In this document: one piece after another, positions 48,768-58,740 of the stretch | Layout of the letters: each line of letters starts with the position of its first letter | How positions within the stretch are numbered: the stretch's first letter is position 1 | From: an uncultured Gemmatimonadota bacterium | Lineage (GTDB): Bacteria > JAAXHH01 | Length of the DNA: 64,000 nt | NCBI GenBank assembly: GCA_951812955.1 | Contig: OX638340.1 | Location: 3,520,001 to 3,584,000, forward strand | Direction of reading: 5' to 3' | Notes under the pieces: generated by a model | Seen by the model: only the letters and a program-made list of their open reading frames with translations | What the model was told of the DNA's origin: nothing | The model's database searches: none | Made by a program: the position numbers and the translations under genes

Positions 48768-49838
48768 TCAAGCGCTCATGCGCGGGATGACTTCATTCAC
48801 GAAGAGGTCCATGCTGTGGAGCCAGGCTTCCTTGTCGTCCCAGTCGTATCCCATGAGGATCAGCGTGCCGAAGTCCCCCGTCTCCTCCCGCATCGCGTCC
48901 AGCCGGCGGACCACCTCGTCCACGTCCCCGTGGATGATCTGTTCCGTCATCAGGTAGTCCAGGTTGCACTGCGAATCCGGCAAGTCCGGGTCCCGCTTGA
49001 GCATCTTCCGACCCAGTCCCTGGTCGAAGAGGCCGCCCAGGTATTCGAAGCCCCGGCCCAGAGAATTGGTGCGCACTTTCGTTGCCGCTTCCTCCTTGCT
49101 GTCGGCGAGGAAGATGCTGCGGCAGATGCGCCAGTCTTCGCGGTCGGGCGTGCGCCCGGCGTCCTGGGCCGCCTGTTCGTAAACCCGCCAGTTGTCGGCT
49201 ACGACGTTGCCCGGTGAAATGTTGGCGCTGATGGGAAACCAGCCCTTCTCACCCGCGATCCTCATGGTGGAGGAGTTCATGCTCATCCCGGGGGCGCCAA
49301 TGGGCGGATGCGGCTGTTGCAGGGGCTTGTGGATATAGCCGATCAGCGTGTCGCGGTCCACGTTCTCTTCCAGGTCGATCTCCCAGAAACGGCCCTTCAG
49401 GTGATAGGGCGGGTCCTGGCTCCAGATCTGCAGGATCATCTCCGCCGACTCGGCGGCCATGGCGCTGTTGAGCTTCGGATCGATCTTATAAAGTTCCAGG
49501 TCCGTTGTCACGCTGCCGGGGCCGAAGCACAGGTTGAGCCGTCCGTGGGAAAGCTGGTCCATGAAGGCCAGCCGGCTGGCCACGTGGGCCGGGTGGTGAT
49601 AGGGCAGGCAGGTGGGCGCCGTGCCAAGCCGGATGGTGTGGGTCATGGCAAGGGCCTTGCCTATGAAGGCCTCGGGCAGCACGATGTTCTCGTACTTCAT
49701 GGTATGGTGTTCGCCGATCCAGAACTCGGTGAAACCCAGCTCTTCGCAGCGCACGATCAGTTCCAGGTCCTCGTCGTGGCACTGTGCGGCCGGCTTGACC
49801 GGGTCGTGGAAGGGCATGATGAACATCCCGTATTTCAT
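48768..49838 (-). CDS. LLM-class flavin-dependent oxidoreductase (luciferase-like monooxygenase), paralog 1
   Basis: MKYGMFIMPFHDP...EELGFTEFWIGEHH...RLNLCFGPGS. ATG at 49838; the upstream ORF-track extension is rejected. Confidence 0.75.
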   Translation of the reverse strand: MKYGMFIMPFHDPVKPAAQCHDEDLELIVRCEELGFTEFWIGEHHTMKYENIVLPEAFIGKALAMTHTIRLGTAPTCLPYHHPAHVASRLAFMDQLSHGRLNLCFGPGSVTTDLELYKIDPKLNSAMAAESAEMILQIWSQDPPYHLKGRFWEIDLEENVDRDTLIGYIHKPLQQPHPPIGAPGMSMNSSTMRIAGEKGWFPISANISPGNVVADNWRVYEQAAQDAGRTPDREDWRICRSIFLADSKEEAATKVRTNSLGRGFEYLGGLFDQGLGRKMLKRDPDLPDSQCNLDYLMTEQIIHGDVDEVVRRLDAMREETGDFGTLILMGYDWDDKEAWLHSMDLFVNEVIPRMSA

Positions 49839-50012
49839 ATCTGATTCTCCGGTGTTGGTCCTGATTCGTGCCGGCGTTGTCTGAACCCGGCCGGCCTGGG
49901 GACGATGATTCGATGCCGGTTTCCCGCGTTTCCTCTCAGCCCCGTAGCCACGTCCTTCCCGCTCGGTAACGCGCACCTACCCGCTCGGTAACGCGTATGC
50001 GCACCTTCCCGC

Positions 50013-51101
50013 TCACTGCTGCATGCGCGGCATGACTTCGTTGGCGAAAAGCTCCGTACTACGCAGCCACGCGGCCTTGTCTTCCGCGTCGTTCCAGTCG
50101 AAAGCCATGAGGATGAGCGTTCCGAAATCCCCCGTCTCGTCCCGCAGTTCGTCGAGTCGGCGGACCACCTCGTCCACGTCGCCGTGGATGATCTGTTCGC
50201 CCAGGTAGTAGTCTCTGTCGCACGCTTCGTCGGCCATGTCAGGATCGCGCTTGAACATCTTCTTGCGTCCGGGCTCATTCCCCTTGTCCAGGACCCCTCC
50301 CAGAAACCGGAAGAACCCGCCGAGGTAACTCGACCACGCCCGCTTCCTGGCCACGTCCCGGTCGTCGGCCACGAAGATGCTTCGGCAGACGCGCCAGTCG
50401 GCCCGGTCTGGCGTACGGCCTGCTTCGAGCGCCGCCTTCTCGTACACCTTCCAGTTGTCTGCTACGATGTTGCCCGCGATCAGGTTGCTGCTGATGGGCG
50501 CCCACCCCTTCTGTCCGGCGGACTTCATGGTCGACGAGTTCATGCTCATGGCCGGCGCGCAGATGGGCGGATGGGGCCGTTGCAGGGGTTTCTGAATGAT
50601 GCCGAGATGGGACTCGCGGTCGACCCACTTCTCGAGCCCGATCTGCCAGAACCGTCCGTCGTACCGGTAGGGTGAGTCCTGTGTCCACAACTGAAGAATG
50701 ATCTCCGCGGCCTCTTCCATCATGGCGCTGTTCGCCGCCGGGTCGATTCCGAAAAGCTCCAGGTCCGGGAAGACGCTGCCCGTGCCGAAACACAGGTTGA
50801 GGCGTCCGTGGGACAGGTGGTCCAGGAAGGCCAGGCGCGTAGCCACGTGGGCGGGATGGTGGTAGGGCAGGCACGTGGGCGCGGTGCCCAGCCGGATCGT
50901 GTCGGTCATGGCCAGGGCCTTGCCGATGAAGGCCTCCGGCAGGGCGATATTCTCCCACTGGTGGGTGTGGTGCTCGCCGATCCAGAACTCGGAAAACCCC
51001 ATCTCCTCGGCCAGCACGACCAGTTCCAGGTCCTCGTCGTAGCACTGGGCGGGCGGCTTCGCCGGATCGTGAAAGGGCATGATGAACATACCGTGCTTCA
51101 T
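50013..51101 (-). CDS. LLM-class flavin-dependent oxidoreductase, paralog 2
   Basis: MKHGMFIMPFHDPAKPP...; high identity to paralog 1 throughout. Confidence 0.75.
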   Translation of the reverse strand: MKHGMFIMPFHDPAKPPAQCYDEDLELVVLAEEMGFSEFWIGEHHTHQWENIALPEAFIGKALAMTDTIRLGTAPTCLPYHHPAHVATRLAFLDHLSHGRLNLCFGTGSVFPDLELFGIDPAANSAMMEEAAEIILQLWTQDSPYRYDGRFWQIGLEKWVDRESHLGIIQKPLQRPHPPICAPAMSMNSSTMKSAGQKGWAPISSNLIAGNIVADNWKVYEKAALEAGRTPDRADWRVCRSIFVADDRDVARKRAWSSYLGGFFRFLGGVLDKGNEPGRKKMFKRDPDMADEACDRDYYLGEQIIHGDVDEVVRRLDELRDETGDFGTLILMAFDWNDAEDKAAWLRSTELFANEVMPRMQQ

Positions 51102-51134
51102 ATTGGACTCCGAAACGCTGTTAGATCGCCGTAC

Positions 51135-52223
51135 TCAGGCGTAACCAAGCGACTTGTTCAACCTCGGCATGACTTCCCTGGCAAAGAGCTCGATGCAGTC
51201 GATCCAGGCCGCCCTGTCGTCCCAGTCGTGGGCGGTGAAGATGAGCGTGCCGAATTCGCCGGTCTCCTCCATCATGCGGTGCAGCTGCCGCACGCACTCG
51301 TCGGGATCGCCCGCGATGACCTGTTCGTCCATCATGTAGTCCAGGTTGACATCGGAATCGGGCATATCGGGATCCCGTTTCCACAGCCCCCTTCCAGGTC
51401 CGAGGTCGGTCAGCTTCATGGTATATTCCAGGCATTTGCCGAGTGAACTGTTCCGGGCCCTTTCGCGGGCTTCCTTCGTCGTCTCCGCCACGAAAATGTT
51501 ACGGGAGATCTTCCATTTGCGCCGGTCCGGCTCCCTGTCCTCCGTCCTGGCCCCTTCGGCATAGGTCTCCCAGTGGTTTACGAGCACGTTGGACGCGACC
51601 ATGTGATGGCTGAAGGGAGAATAGCCCTTCCGGCCCGCGATGCGGGTCCCGGCCGAATCGCGCATGATCACGGGAACGGAAAGGGGAGGGTGGGGTTTTT
51701 GCAGGGGCTTCAGGTAGACCCCCATGCCCAGATCCTCGCGGACTTCCCGGCCCACGTGCATTTGCCAGAAGCGGCCGTTTATATCGTAGGGCGGATCGGT
51801 GGTCCACAGGGTCATGATCATCTGTATCGCCTCGCCGACCATGGCCCCGGAGTCCTCGGGACGGATCCCGTACATCTCCATGTCAGTCGGGATGGCGCCG
51901 GGACCGAAGCAGATGTTCAACCTGCCGTGGGAGAGATGATCGAGGAAGGCCAGGCGTCCGGCCACGTGGGCGGGATGGTGGTAGGGCAGGCACACGGGCG
52001 CGGCGCCGAGCCGCATGCGGTCGGTCAGGCCCAGGGCCTTGCCGAGGAAGATCTCGGGCATGACGATGTTCTCGTAACTCGAGGAGTGGTGCTCGCCCAC
52101 CCAGAATTCGCTGAATCCGAGTTCCTCCGAACGCACCAGCATTTCCATGTCCTCGTCATAGCACTGTCCCGGCGGCTTCGTCGGATCGTGCACGGGCATG
52201 AGGAACACGCCATAGTCGATCAT
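51135..52223 (-). CDS. LLM-class flavin-dependent oxidoreductase, paralog 3
   Basis: MIDYGVFLMPVHDPTKPP...; same family and length (362 aa). Confidence 0.75.
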   Translation of the reverse strand: MIDYGVFLMPVHDPTKPPGQCYDEDMEMLVRSEELGFSEFWVGEHHSSSYENIVMPEIFLGKALGLTDRMRLGAAPVCLPYHHPAHVAGRLAFLDHLSHGRLNICFGPGAIPTDMEMYGIRPEDSGAMVGEAIQMIMTLWTTDPPYDINGRFWQMHVGREVREDLGMGVYLKPLQKPHPPLSVPVIMRDSAGTRIAGRKGYSPFSHHMVASNVLVNHWETYAEGARTEDREPDRRKWKISRNIFVAETTKEARERARNSSLGKCLEYTMKLTDLGPGRGLWKRDPDMPDSDVNLDYMMDEQVIAGDPDECVRQLHRMMEETGEFGTLIFTAHDWDDRAAWIDCIELFAREVMPRLNKSLGYA

Positions 52224-52315
52224 GCATTACTCCTTTTTACTATACTGACGGCTGCGCCCAGATTCCACGGCTGTGCCCAGTTCCCTTTAAACAACAGGCC
52301 CTTGCGTTGTTACGT

Positions 52316-53020
52316 TCACAACAGCCCTTTGCGGCGCTTGTTCTCGATTGTTTTCTCTACGAATCCGGGTCCGCACACCGCGTCGAATCCACTCCCAGGA
52401 AACCGGGTAGCCCATTCGTAAACGGTCCTGACACGGGCTTCGTCATCACCGAAGGCGCAAGGTTCGGTCCGCACCGTGTCCAGCGCTTCGATCACGGCGT
52501 CCGCGATCCGGCCGTACAGCCGGTCCTTCCACGCGCCCTGCGGCCCGCCCGGCCCGTCCACATTCCGCGCCTCCCGCGGCCCGCCTGTTCCGTCCGTCTG
52601 CCGCGCCTCCTGGTACCACGCCAAGGCGTTGAACTGAACTTTTTTGGACCGGGGATAGAAGGAGCACATGAGGTTCCAGTCGTCGCCTTCCCGCTCCTGG
52701 TCGCCCGAAGCCCGGAAGTCCGACCGGAGGAGGACGGACGGGATGTCGAGCAACTTGGCCATCATGAACTCCACTACCGTGCCCGAGTCCAGGTCCGTCC
52801 CATCGAAGTTGAACAGGGCCAGGTCGCAGGCCATCACTTGCTTAAGATCCTGGTTGCGGATGTCGACCATCCGTTCCGACGCCAGTTCCAGGTCCTGGGG
52901 CACCACGCAGGCGTACCTGCCGGCGGACCGGCGGTCTATGGCTTCCGCGAGGATGGCGTTGCCGGCCAGGTGCTTGTGGTCGAAGAGGTCGCCGGCGAAA
53001 TACACGGTAAAAGTCGTCAT
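52316..53020 (-). CDS. nucleoside 2-deoxyribosyltransferase-like (NDT/LOG-like Rossmann) protein with a Gly/Pro-rich internal insert
   Basis: N-terminal VYFAGDLFD motif typical of PF05014. Insert TDGTGGPREARNVDGPGGPQGA encoded by a ~33-bp imperfect repeat. Confidence 0.5.
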   Translation of the reverse strand: MTTFTVYFAGDLFDHKHLAGNAILAEAIDRRSAGRYACVVPQDLELASERMVDIRNQDLKQVMACDLALFNFDGTDLDSGTVVEFMMAKLLDIPSVLLRSDFRASGDQEREGDDWNLMCSFYPRSKKVQFNALAWYQEARQTDGTGGPREARNVDGPGGPQGAWKDRLYGRIADAVIEALDTVRTEPCAFGDDEARVRTVYEWATRFPGSGFDAVCGPGFVEKTIENKRRKGLL

Positions 53021-53037
53021 GGGCTATGGCTGTCCGC

Positions 53038-53895
53038 TTACCGTCCTGAGTACCGTTTACCGATTTCGGCCGCATCGGGAGTCGCGTTTGCGACCATGAC
53101 GCCCTCGTCGATCATGTCGGTGACGTTGTCGGGGGTGACGCCGTTCAGGAAGGCGACGCCGTTGGCCTTGCAGGCCTTGAGCACCGCCGCCCGCGCGGCG
53201 ATCATCTCGGGCGGGTAGGGCGGATCGTGGCCGTCCGGGTATCCGAAGGACATCCCCATGTCGCCCGGACCCCACTCGGCGAAGGCGATGCCAGGTATCG
53301 TGAGGCTCTCGTCGACGTTGGCCAGGGCCCGGCGGTTCTCGATCTTGAGACCGAGCATCAGTTCCCCTTCCGGGTTCAGGGGCCATACGTCGGCCCGCTG
53401 GACGTATTCCTGCACGGTGAGTCCCCAGGCGCACGCCGCGAAACCCTGCCCCCCCGAACCGCGCTGGCCCACTTCGAGCCCGTCACCCACGCCCTGGGTC
53501 TGGAAGGGGTAACGCGCAGCCTCCACGAAGGCCCGCACGGCGCCCGGTGTCTCCGCGTGGCACAGCAGGATTCCGTGAACGCCCTGTGCCAGGACCTGCT
53601 TGACCATCCACGCGTTCGCCCGCATGACCGCTTCATTGGTACCGTTCGTCGGCAGCGTGACGATCACGCAGGGCGTCAGGTGACCCGTCGGCGTGGGCCC
53701 GGCGTCCATCAGCCCGGTCATGAAGGCCCTGAGGCCGGGCAGATCGAAGAGGCCGTGCTCCATTTCGACGCACAGGTAGTCCTCCCATCTCCCCGAGGCT
53801 TCGACGCCCTTTTCGTAACTCAGTTCGCCGGCCCCGCCGTAGTATATGGGCTGGCCCCGACTAAGCAGTTCCACTGCGCGGTTGACTCTGGGCAT
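53038..53895 (-). CDS. HpcH/HpaI-family aldolase
   Basis: ...YLCVEMEHG...GVHGILLCHAETP...MLGLKIENRRAL... consistent with a class II pyruvate-aldolase fold. Confidence 0.65.
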   Translation of the reverse strand: MPRVNRAVELLSRGQPIYYGGAGELSYEKGVEASGRWEDYLCVEMEHGLFDLPGLRAFMTGLMDAGPTPTGHLTPCVIVTLPTNGTNEAVMRANAWMVKQVLAQGVHGILLCHAETPGAVRAFVEAARYPFQTQGVGDGLEVGQRGSGGQGFAACAWGLTVQEYVQRADVWPLNPEGELMLGLKIENRRALANVDESLTIPGIAFAEWGPGDMGMSFGYPDGHDPPYPPEMIAARAAVLKACKANGVAFLNGVTPDNVTDMIDEGVMVANATPDAAEIGKRYSGR

Positions 53896-53987
53896 TTGTT
53901 ATTCTCCCAACTAGCTGTCCTGTTCCGAATCGAAGGCAGGCCGCGTCAGTCGCGAAACCGGCCGCTATGCCAAATCTGGTGGGTGGT

Positions 53988-55001
53988 TCACGGACGTTCA
54001 AAGGGCAGCCGGTCCGCCATTCCCGAGTCTTCCGCCAATCCAGCCAGGTTCTCCGCCGCCATGCGTGTCAAGGGAACTCCCTTGCGGCGGGATACCGCTT
54101 CGCTGTCGTATTCCATTTCACCCGGCACGTAGGTGCGTTCCACCCTGGCCGCCTTCGGCGCTTCCCGCATGCGCCGAACGAGTTCGTCCGCACGATCTAA
54201 AAACGCGTCCGGCGGCATCATGGCGCCCACGTCGATGGCCATGAAGCTGTGCCCCTCGTCGCAGGTCGCGTCGGTGACCTTGCCCCAGGACGTAATATCC
54301 GTAGTGACCCCCGCCCCGGCGAGCACACCGGCCAGGGATTCCACCAGCAGGGCCAGACCGTAGCCTTTGTGTGCGCTGAAGGGCGTAAGGGCCCCGGTAA
54401 AGGTGAAGACGCCGGGATCCGTCGTGGGCAGACCGTCCCCGTCGGTGAGCCATCCCTCGGGAAGCGGTTCGCCCCTGGCCTGGTACAAGGCCACCTTTCC
54501 GCCCGCCACGGTACTCATGGCGATGTCGAGGACGATCGGCGGCTGGGACCGGGTCGGAACGGCATATGACAGGGGGTTGTTTCCTAAGGCCGCACCCCGG
54601 CCGCCGGGGATGTTCATGACCACGTCGGTATTGCTCATGGCGATCCCGATCATGTTCCGTTCCAGGGCCATGAGCGTATAGGCCGAAGCCGCGCCGAAGT
54701 GGTTGCTCCGGCGGACGGTGGCCGTGCCAATCCCGCACTTCGCCGCCTTGTCCATGGCCACGGTCATGCCGTAGTGCGACGCAACCATCCCCACGGACTG
54801 GCAGGCGTCGATCCTTGCCCAGGCCGGACCTTCGTCCGTTATCCCGGGCGTGGCGCCTGCGTCGATGCCTCCGTCCCGCATCATCTGCACGTAGCGCCGC
54901 AGCGAGACCGTACCGTGCGTGAAGATACCCCGCATGTCGGTACGCACCAAAATGTCCGCAGTCAACCTGGCGTCGCGGGGCGAGAGTCCCGCCTCTACCA
55001 T
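53988..55001 (-). CDS. Ldh_2-family (malate/L-lactate/sulfolactate dehydrogenase type 2) oxidoreductase; N-terminus may be truncated or start non-canonically
   Basis: ADILVRTDMRGIFTHG...NHFGAASAYT...motifs. Family-like sequence (PEPLSDFCTAAMVEAG) continues in-frame upstream of the ATG without any ATG/GTG/TTG. Confidence 0.65.
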   Translation of the reverse strand: MVEAGLSPRDARLTADILVRTDMRGIFTHGTVSLRRYVQMMRDGGIDAGATPGITDEGPAWARIDACQSVGMVASHYGMTVAMDKAAKCGIGTATVRRSNHFGAASAYTLMALERNMIGIAMSNTDVVMNIPGGRGAALGNNPLSYAVPTRSQPPIVLDIAMSTVAGGKVALYQARGEPLPEGWLTDGDGLPTTDPGVFTFTGALTPFSAHKGYGLALLVESLAGVLAGAGVTTDITSWGKVTDATCDEGHSFMAIDVGAMMPPDAFLDRADELVRRMREAPKAARVERTYVPGEMEYDSEAVSRRKGVPLTRMAAENLAGLAEDSGMADRLPFERP

Positions 55002-55141
55002 GGCCGCCGTGCAGAAGTCCGACAGGGGTTCGGGTGGAGTCCGCAGAACGTAGAGTTGATCTGACGTGTGTGTCTGGTTGGCGTCGGTGCCCAGCGCTGG
55101 TGCCTTTCTAGCCGCCGCGGTGTCCTGCCTGCCGCAGTATG

Positions 55142-55987
55142 CTAACCGCCGCGAATACCGGCGGTAACGCGTTCGAAACCGCCGATCATATAACTGTAGT
55201 CGCAGTCGACCTGGATCCAGTCGACGCCCCGGCTCCTCCAGCGCCGCCCGAAGGCGTACTGCGATCCCATACCCATGCCGATGGAGAGTCCCGATTCGTG
55301 TCCCACGTCGATGATGCGCTCCATGGCGGCCACTACCTCGTCGTTGTCCAATTGCCCGAGAACGCCCATCGAACCGCTCAGGTCCACCGGACCGATGACC
55401 AGGCTGTCCAACCCCGGTATGGCCGCGATGGCGTCCAGTTCACGATAGGCCTCGACGTGCTCGATCTGGACCGAGACGAAGAGGTCCCGGTTCATGTCTT
55501 CCACGAATGAGTCAATATTCGAAAAAGCCCTTCCGTAGTTCGACGGACGATGGGGACCGAAGCCCCGGTCGCCCATGGGCGGATAACGGCAGGCGTCCAC
55601 CACGCGGCGCACCTCGTCGGCGGAGCGGACCTGCGGGACGATGATACCAGGCGCGCCCGCGTCGAGGACGGGCTTCACGTGCCCGATGTCGCTCGAGGGC
55701 ACCCGGACCAGCGCGGCGGTTCCACCCGCGCGGGCGGCCATGAGGTGGCCCGTGACCGACTCGAGGTTCATCGCCCGGTGCTCGGTGTCGATCCAGATGA
55801 AGTCTGCCGAATCGCACAGGGCCTCGGTCACGGCCGGGTCGGTGAAGGTCACGCTGGCGCCCAGGCAGCATTCACCCTCGGCGATCAGCTTCCTGAACGC
55901 CCTTATTTCATTAGAGAACAATGGTTGCTCCACGAGTATGGACTGGTTACTTGTCTTAAGGGTCGCGTCCGGTCGTTCCGAACGCAC
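55142..55987 (-). CDS. HpcH/HpaI-family aldolase, second copy
   Basis: ADFIWIDTEHRAMN...GIIVPQVRSADEVRRVV...PPMGDRG motifs. Confidence 0.65.
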   Translation of the reverse strand: MRSERPDATLKTSNQSILVEQPLFSNEIRAFRKLIAEGECCLGASVTFTDPAVTEALCDSADFIWIDTEHRAMNLESVTGHLMAARAGGTAALVRVPSSDIGHVKPVLDAGAPGIIVPQVRSADEVRRVVDACRYPPMGDRGFGPHRPSNYGRAFSNIDSFVEDMNRDLFVSVQIEHVEAYRELDAIAAIPGLDSLVIGPVDLSGSMGVLGQLDNDEVVAAMERIIDVGHESGLSIGMGMGSQYAFGRRWRSRGVDWIQVDCDYSYMIGGFERVTAGIRGG

Positions 55988-56026
55988 GTTAACTGTTGGC
56001 CGTTCCGGACGGACGGTTCCGCATTC

Positions 56027-57535
56027 CTAGACAGCGCCCTCCTGCCACGGTCCCCAGATGGCGTAGGTCAGCCCGGGCCGCTGCATGTTGACGAAGAGGG
56101 TCTCGCCGTCGGGACTGAAGGTCGCCCCGGCGAACTCGCCCCGGTAGGCGATGCCGGCCACGTCCCGGGCCACGTCGAACACGCGCCCGTCCTTCGTCAG
56201 GCCCCGGATGTGCTGTACGCCGTCCCGGTTGTCCTCGCACACGATCAGGCCGCCGCGGGGACTCACGCAGACGTTGTCCGGCGCTGCCATGAGCGAAGCG
56301 TCGGGCGATTCGAACAACAGGGTCAACACGCCTTTGTCTTCCCCGTCGGGTTGGAATTCCCACACCTGTCCGAGGCGCTCGTCGCCTCCTCGCGTCGACG
56401 TGAAGAAGATGCGGCCGTTTCCGTACCAACATCCTTCAAGGCGGTCGAAGGCGGCGCCGCCCTTGTCCGCCCCTTCCTTGTATACCAGGTTCCGGTCCAG
56501 GCCAGCGCCCGCCGGATCGGGATCTTCGATCTCCACCCAGGTCACGGGCAGGACCGTGCCCATGGTCTGTCCACTGCGCGTGTCGTATCCCGGTTGATCC
56601 TCGACCGCGAGCATACGCAGGCGGCCGCCCCGGGCGAGCTCGCCGGGATGATCGGGAAGGTACTGGAAGAATCCGCACGGATTCTGGTCTTCGGTTTCAT
56701 ACACGGCCCCGGTGGCGGGATCGACGGCGATGGCCTCGTGGACGAAACGTCCCATTCCGGTAAGGGGTTCGGCCGCCACACTCTCCTCGGCATCGGCGGG
56801 CACCTCGAAGCAGTATCCGTGGTTCCTGTCGTATCCGCCCAGGTACTGCAGCCAGCGAGCACTGAAGAACCGGTCCGTGCCCATGGTGGTCTCTTCACAG
56901 GTGATCCAGGAGCCCCACGGCGTGGGGCCGCCGGCGCAGTTGTGCAGCGTCCCGCCCACGCTCACGAAATCGCGGACCAGTTCGCGGGTCCGAGGATCGA
57001 CGATGAGCGTCGTAACCCCGCCGGGCGCGGTGGGATCGTAGGCTGCCGACTGGTTGCCGATGGCCTCGACCGGACTGCCCGTGTTTATTTCGTGATTGCG
57101 CAGTAGCCGGACCATGCCGTCCTCCGCGGAGAAGGCCGCCATGCCGTCGTGGGCGGCCGGCGTGGGATGGCCGTCCGACATGAGGCCGCCCTTCTTTCCG
57201 AACACGGTATAGGCGAATTTCGGCGGCAGTTCGAGCATGGTCTCGCCGGTGTTGTGAGACGTCACGGGAGAAAGCGGCCCATATCCGCCCTCCCCCCGGG
57301 AAGCCTGCAGGCTGGCGGATCCGTCGGACATGGCCCGCGCGCGGCGGGCGATAAGGCCCTGGAGCGCCGATGCGCCGAAAGTCATGGCGCCAAGGGCCAC
57401 GGCGGAATGTCGAATGAATGAGCGTCGGTTCAGTCGGGACACGTGAGCAATTCTCCTTTGGCGTTGACTCCGCCTGGTGTTGACTCCGCAATGTCGGCGA
57501 TGCGGAGGACGTGTCGGGTAAAATACAGAATCCAA
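56027..57535 (-). CDS. PhoX-type (DUF839) phosphatase with a Tat signal; exact start uncertain
   Basis: SRLNRRSFIRHSAVALGAMTFGASA Tat motif about 30 aa into the longest ORF. PhoX-like beta-propeller body. Confidence 0.65.
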   Translation of the reverse strand: MDSVFYPTRPPHRRHCGVNTRRSQRQRRIAHVSRLNRRSFIRHSAVALGAMTFGASALQGLIARRARAMSDGSASLQASRGEGGYGPLSPVTSHNTGETMLELPPKFAYTVFGKKGGLMSDGHPTPAAHDGMAAFSAEDGMVRLLRNHEINTGSPVEAIGNQSAAYDPTAPGGVTTLIVDPRTRELVRDFVSVGGTLHNCAGGPTPWGSWITCEETTMGTDRFFSARWLQYLGGYDRNHGYCFEVPADAEESVAAEPLTGMGRFVHEAIAVDPATGAVYETEDQNPCGFFQYLPDHPGELARGGRLRMLAVEDQPGYDTRSGQTMGTVLPVTWVEIEDPDPAGAGLDRNLVYKEGADKGGAAFDRLEGCWYGNGRIFFTSTRGGDERLGQVWEFQPDGEDKGVLTLLFESPDASLMAAPDNVCVSPRGGLIVCEDNRDGVQHIRGLTKDGRVFDVARDVAGIAYRGEFAGATFSPDGETLFVNMQRPGLTYAIWGPWQEGAV

Positions 57536-57600
57536 TATTCAATTTACGGTAGCGGATCGCTAAAATCAAGACGCCACTGCAGGTTATTCCGATCGGATAT

Positions 57601-58467
57601 TCAGCCGAACCTGATGAAGACCAGCCCGGCGACGATCATCCCGACGGAGCACAGTTTCAGCGGGGTGACGCGCTCTTTAAGGAAGATGAAGCCCAACAGG
57701 GCGCCCAGGACCACGGCGAACTCCCGCAGGGCGACGATGTAGCCGACCTGACCCACGGTCATGGCGAAGAGGATCATCAGGTAGGCGGCAGTCGAGCCGA
57801 CGGCGATCAACGTCACGGGCCGCCAGGTCTCCGCCAGCTTCCGCCAAAGCCGGTTCCGGTCGCGGACGGCGACGACCGGTGTGGCGAACGAGGCGCTCAG
57901 GAAGAACATGCCGAATATGTACACTACGGGATGCACGATACCCACCCCCACCTTGTCCACCAGCGAGTAACTCACGATGGTCGCGCCTACCCCGAGGGCC
58001 GATACGAACCCGTGCCGCGTGCCCCTCGCGCTGCCCAGGATCGAAGCGCCCATGGAAAGAATTCCCACGCAGATCAGCCCGATACCCGCTACGCCGATCG
58101 GCGTAAGCGACTCACCGAGCAGCAGCCATCCCAGGAATCCCGTGAGGCCGATCCCCGATCCTCGCGCGATGGGGTAGACCAGGGAGATTTCTCCATACTC
58201 GTAGGCCCGGCCCAGGAGCAGGAAGTAAAACGTGTGGATGATCCCCGTCGCCAGAATAAAGATCCAGCCGGCCTCCAGCATGGCCATGAATTCCGGGATG
58301 CCCTGCGATACGGCGACGCCGGCAACCAAGGGCAGGAGCAAGAGACAACTGACCCAGAGAGACCACCAGAACACGGTGAGGTTTCCGGCGTTGCGGCGGG
58401 CCACGAAATTCCAGGAGGCATGTAGTATGGCGGAGAGGAGGACGAAGAAGAAGAGTTCAGTGGACAT
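57601..58467 (-). CDS. EamA/DMT-family transporter (10 TM helices)
   Basis: Two EamA-type halves. Hydrophobic throughout. Confidence 0.7.
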   Translation of the reverse strand: MSTELFFFVLLSAILHASWNFVARRNAGNLTVFWWSLWVSCLLLLPLVAGVAVSQGIPEFMAMLEAGWIFILATGIIHTFYFLLLGRAYEYGEISLVYPIARGSGIGLTGFLGWLLLGESLTPIGVAGIGLICVGILSMGASILGSARGTRHGFVSALGVGATIVSYSLVDKVGVGIVHPVVYIFGMFFLSASFATPVVAVRDRNRLWRKLAETWRPVTLIAVGSTAAYLMILFAMTVGQVGYIVALREFAVVLGALLGFIFLKERVTPLKLCSVGMIVAGLVFIRFG

Positions 58468-58740
58468 GGATGGGACGCGAACTGATTCGGATGGTGGGGA
58501 GGTACTCGATAACGATTTACCAGGGAAAAAGAACCGGACGGACCGATCCTATATGGATGGAAATCAGGGGTGTGTCAACGATCAATTGTGCTTGGTCCAC
58601 ATCTATAGGAAGGTTACTTTCGGATATCAGCCTATCCTTCTATCCATCACACTTCCATCGCATCGCCATGTATTGGTGCGACCCGGTAACGCGGTCTTCT
58701 GCTAAAATACGGTTCGGGTGGGTTCGTGCGGGCGCCTATT

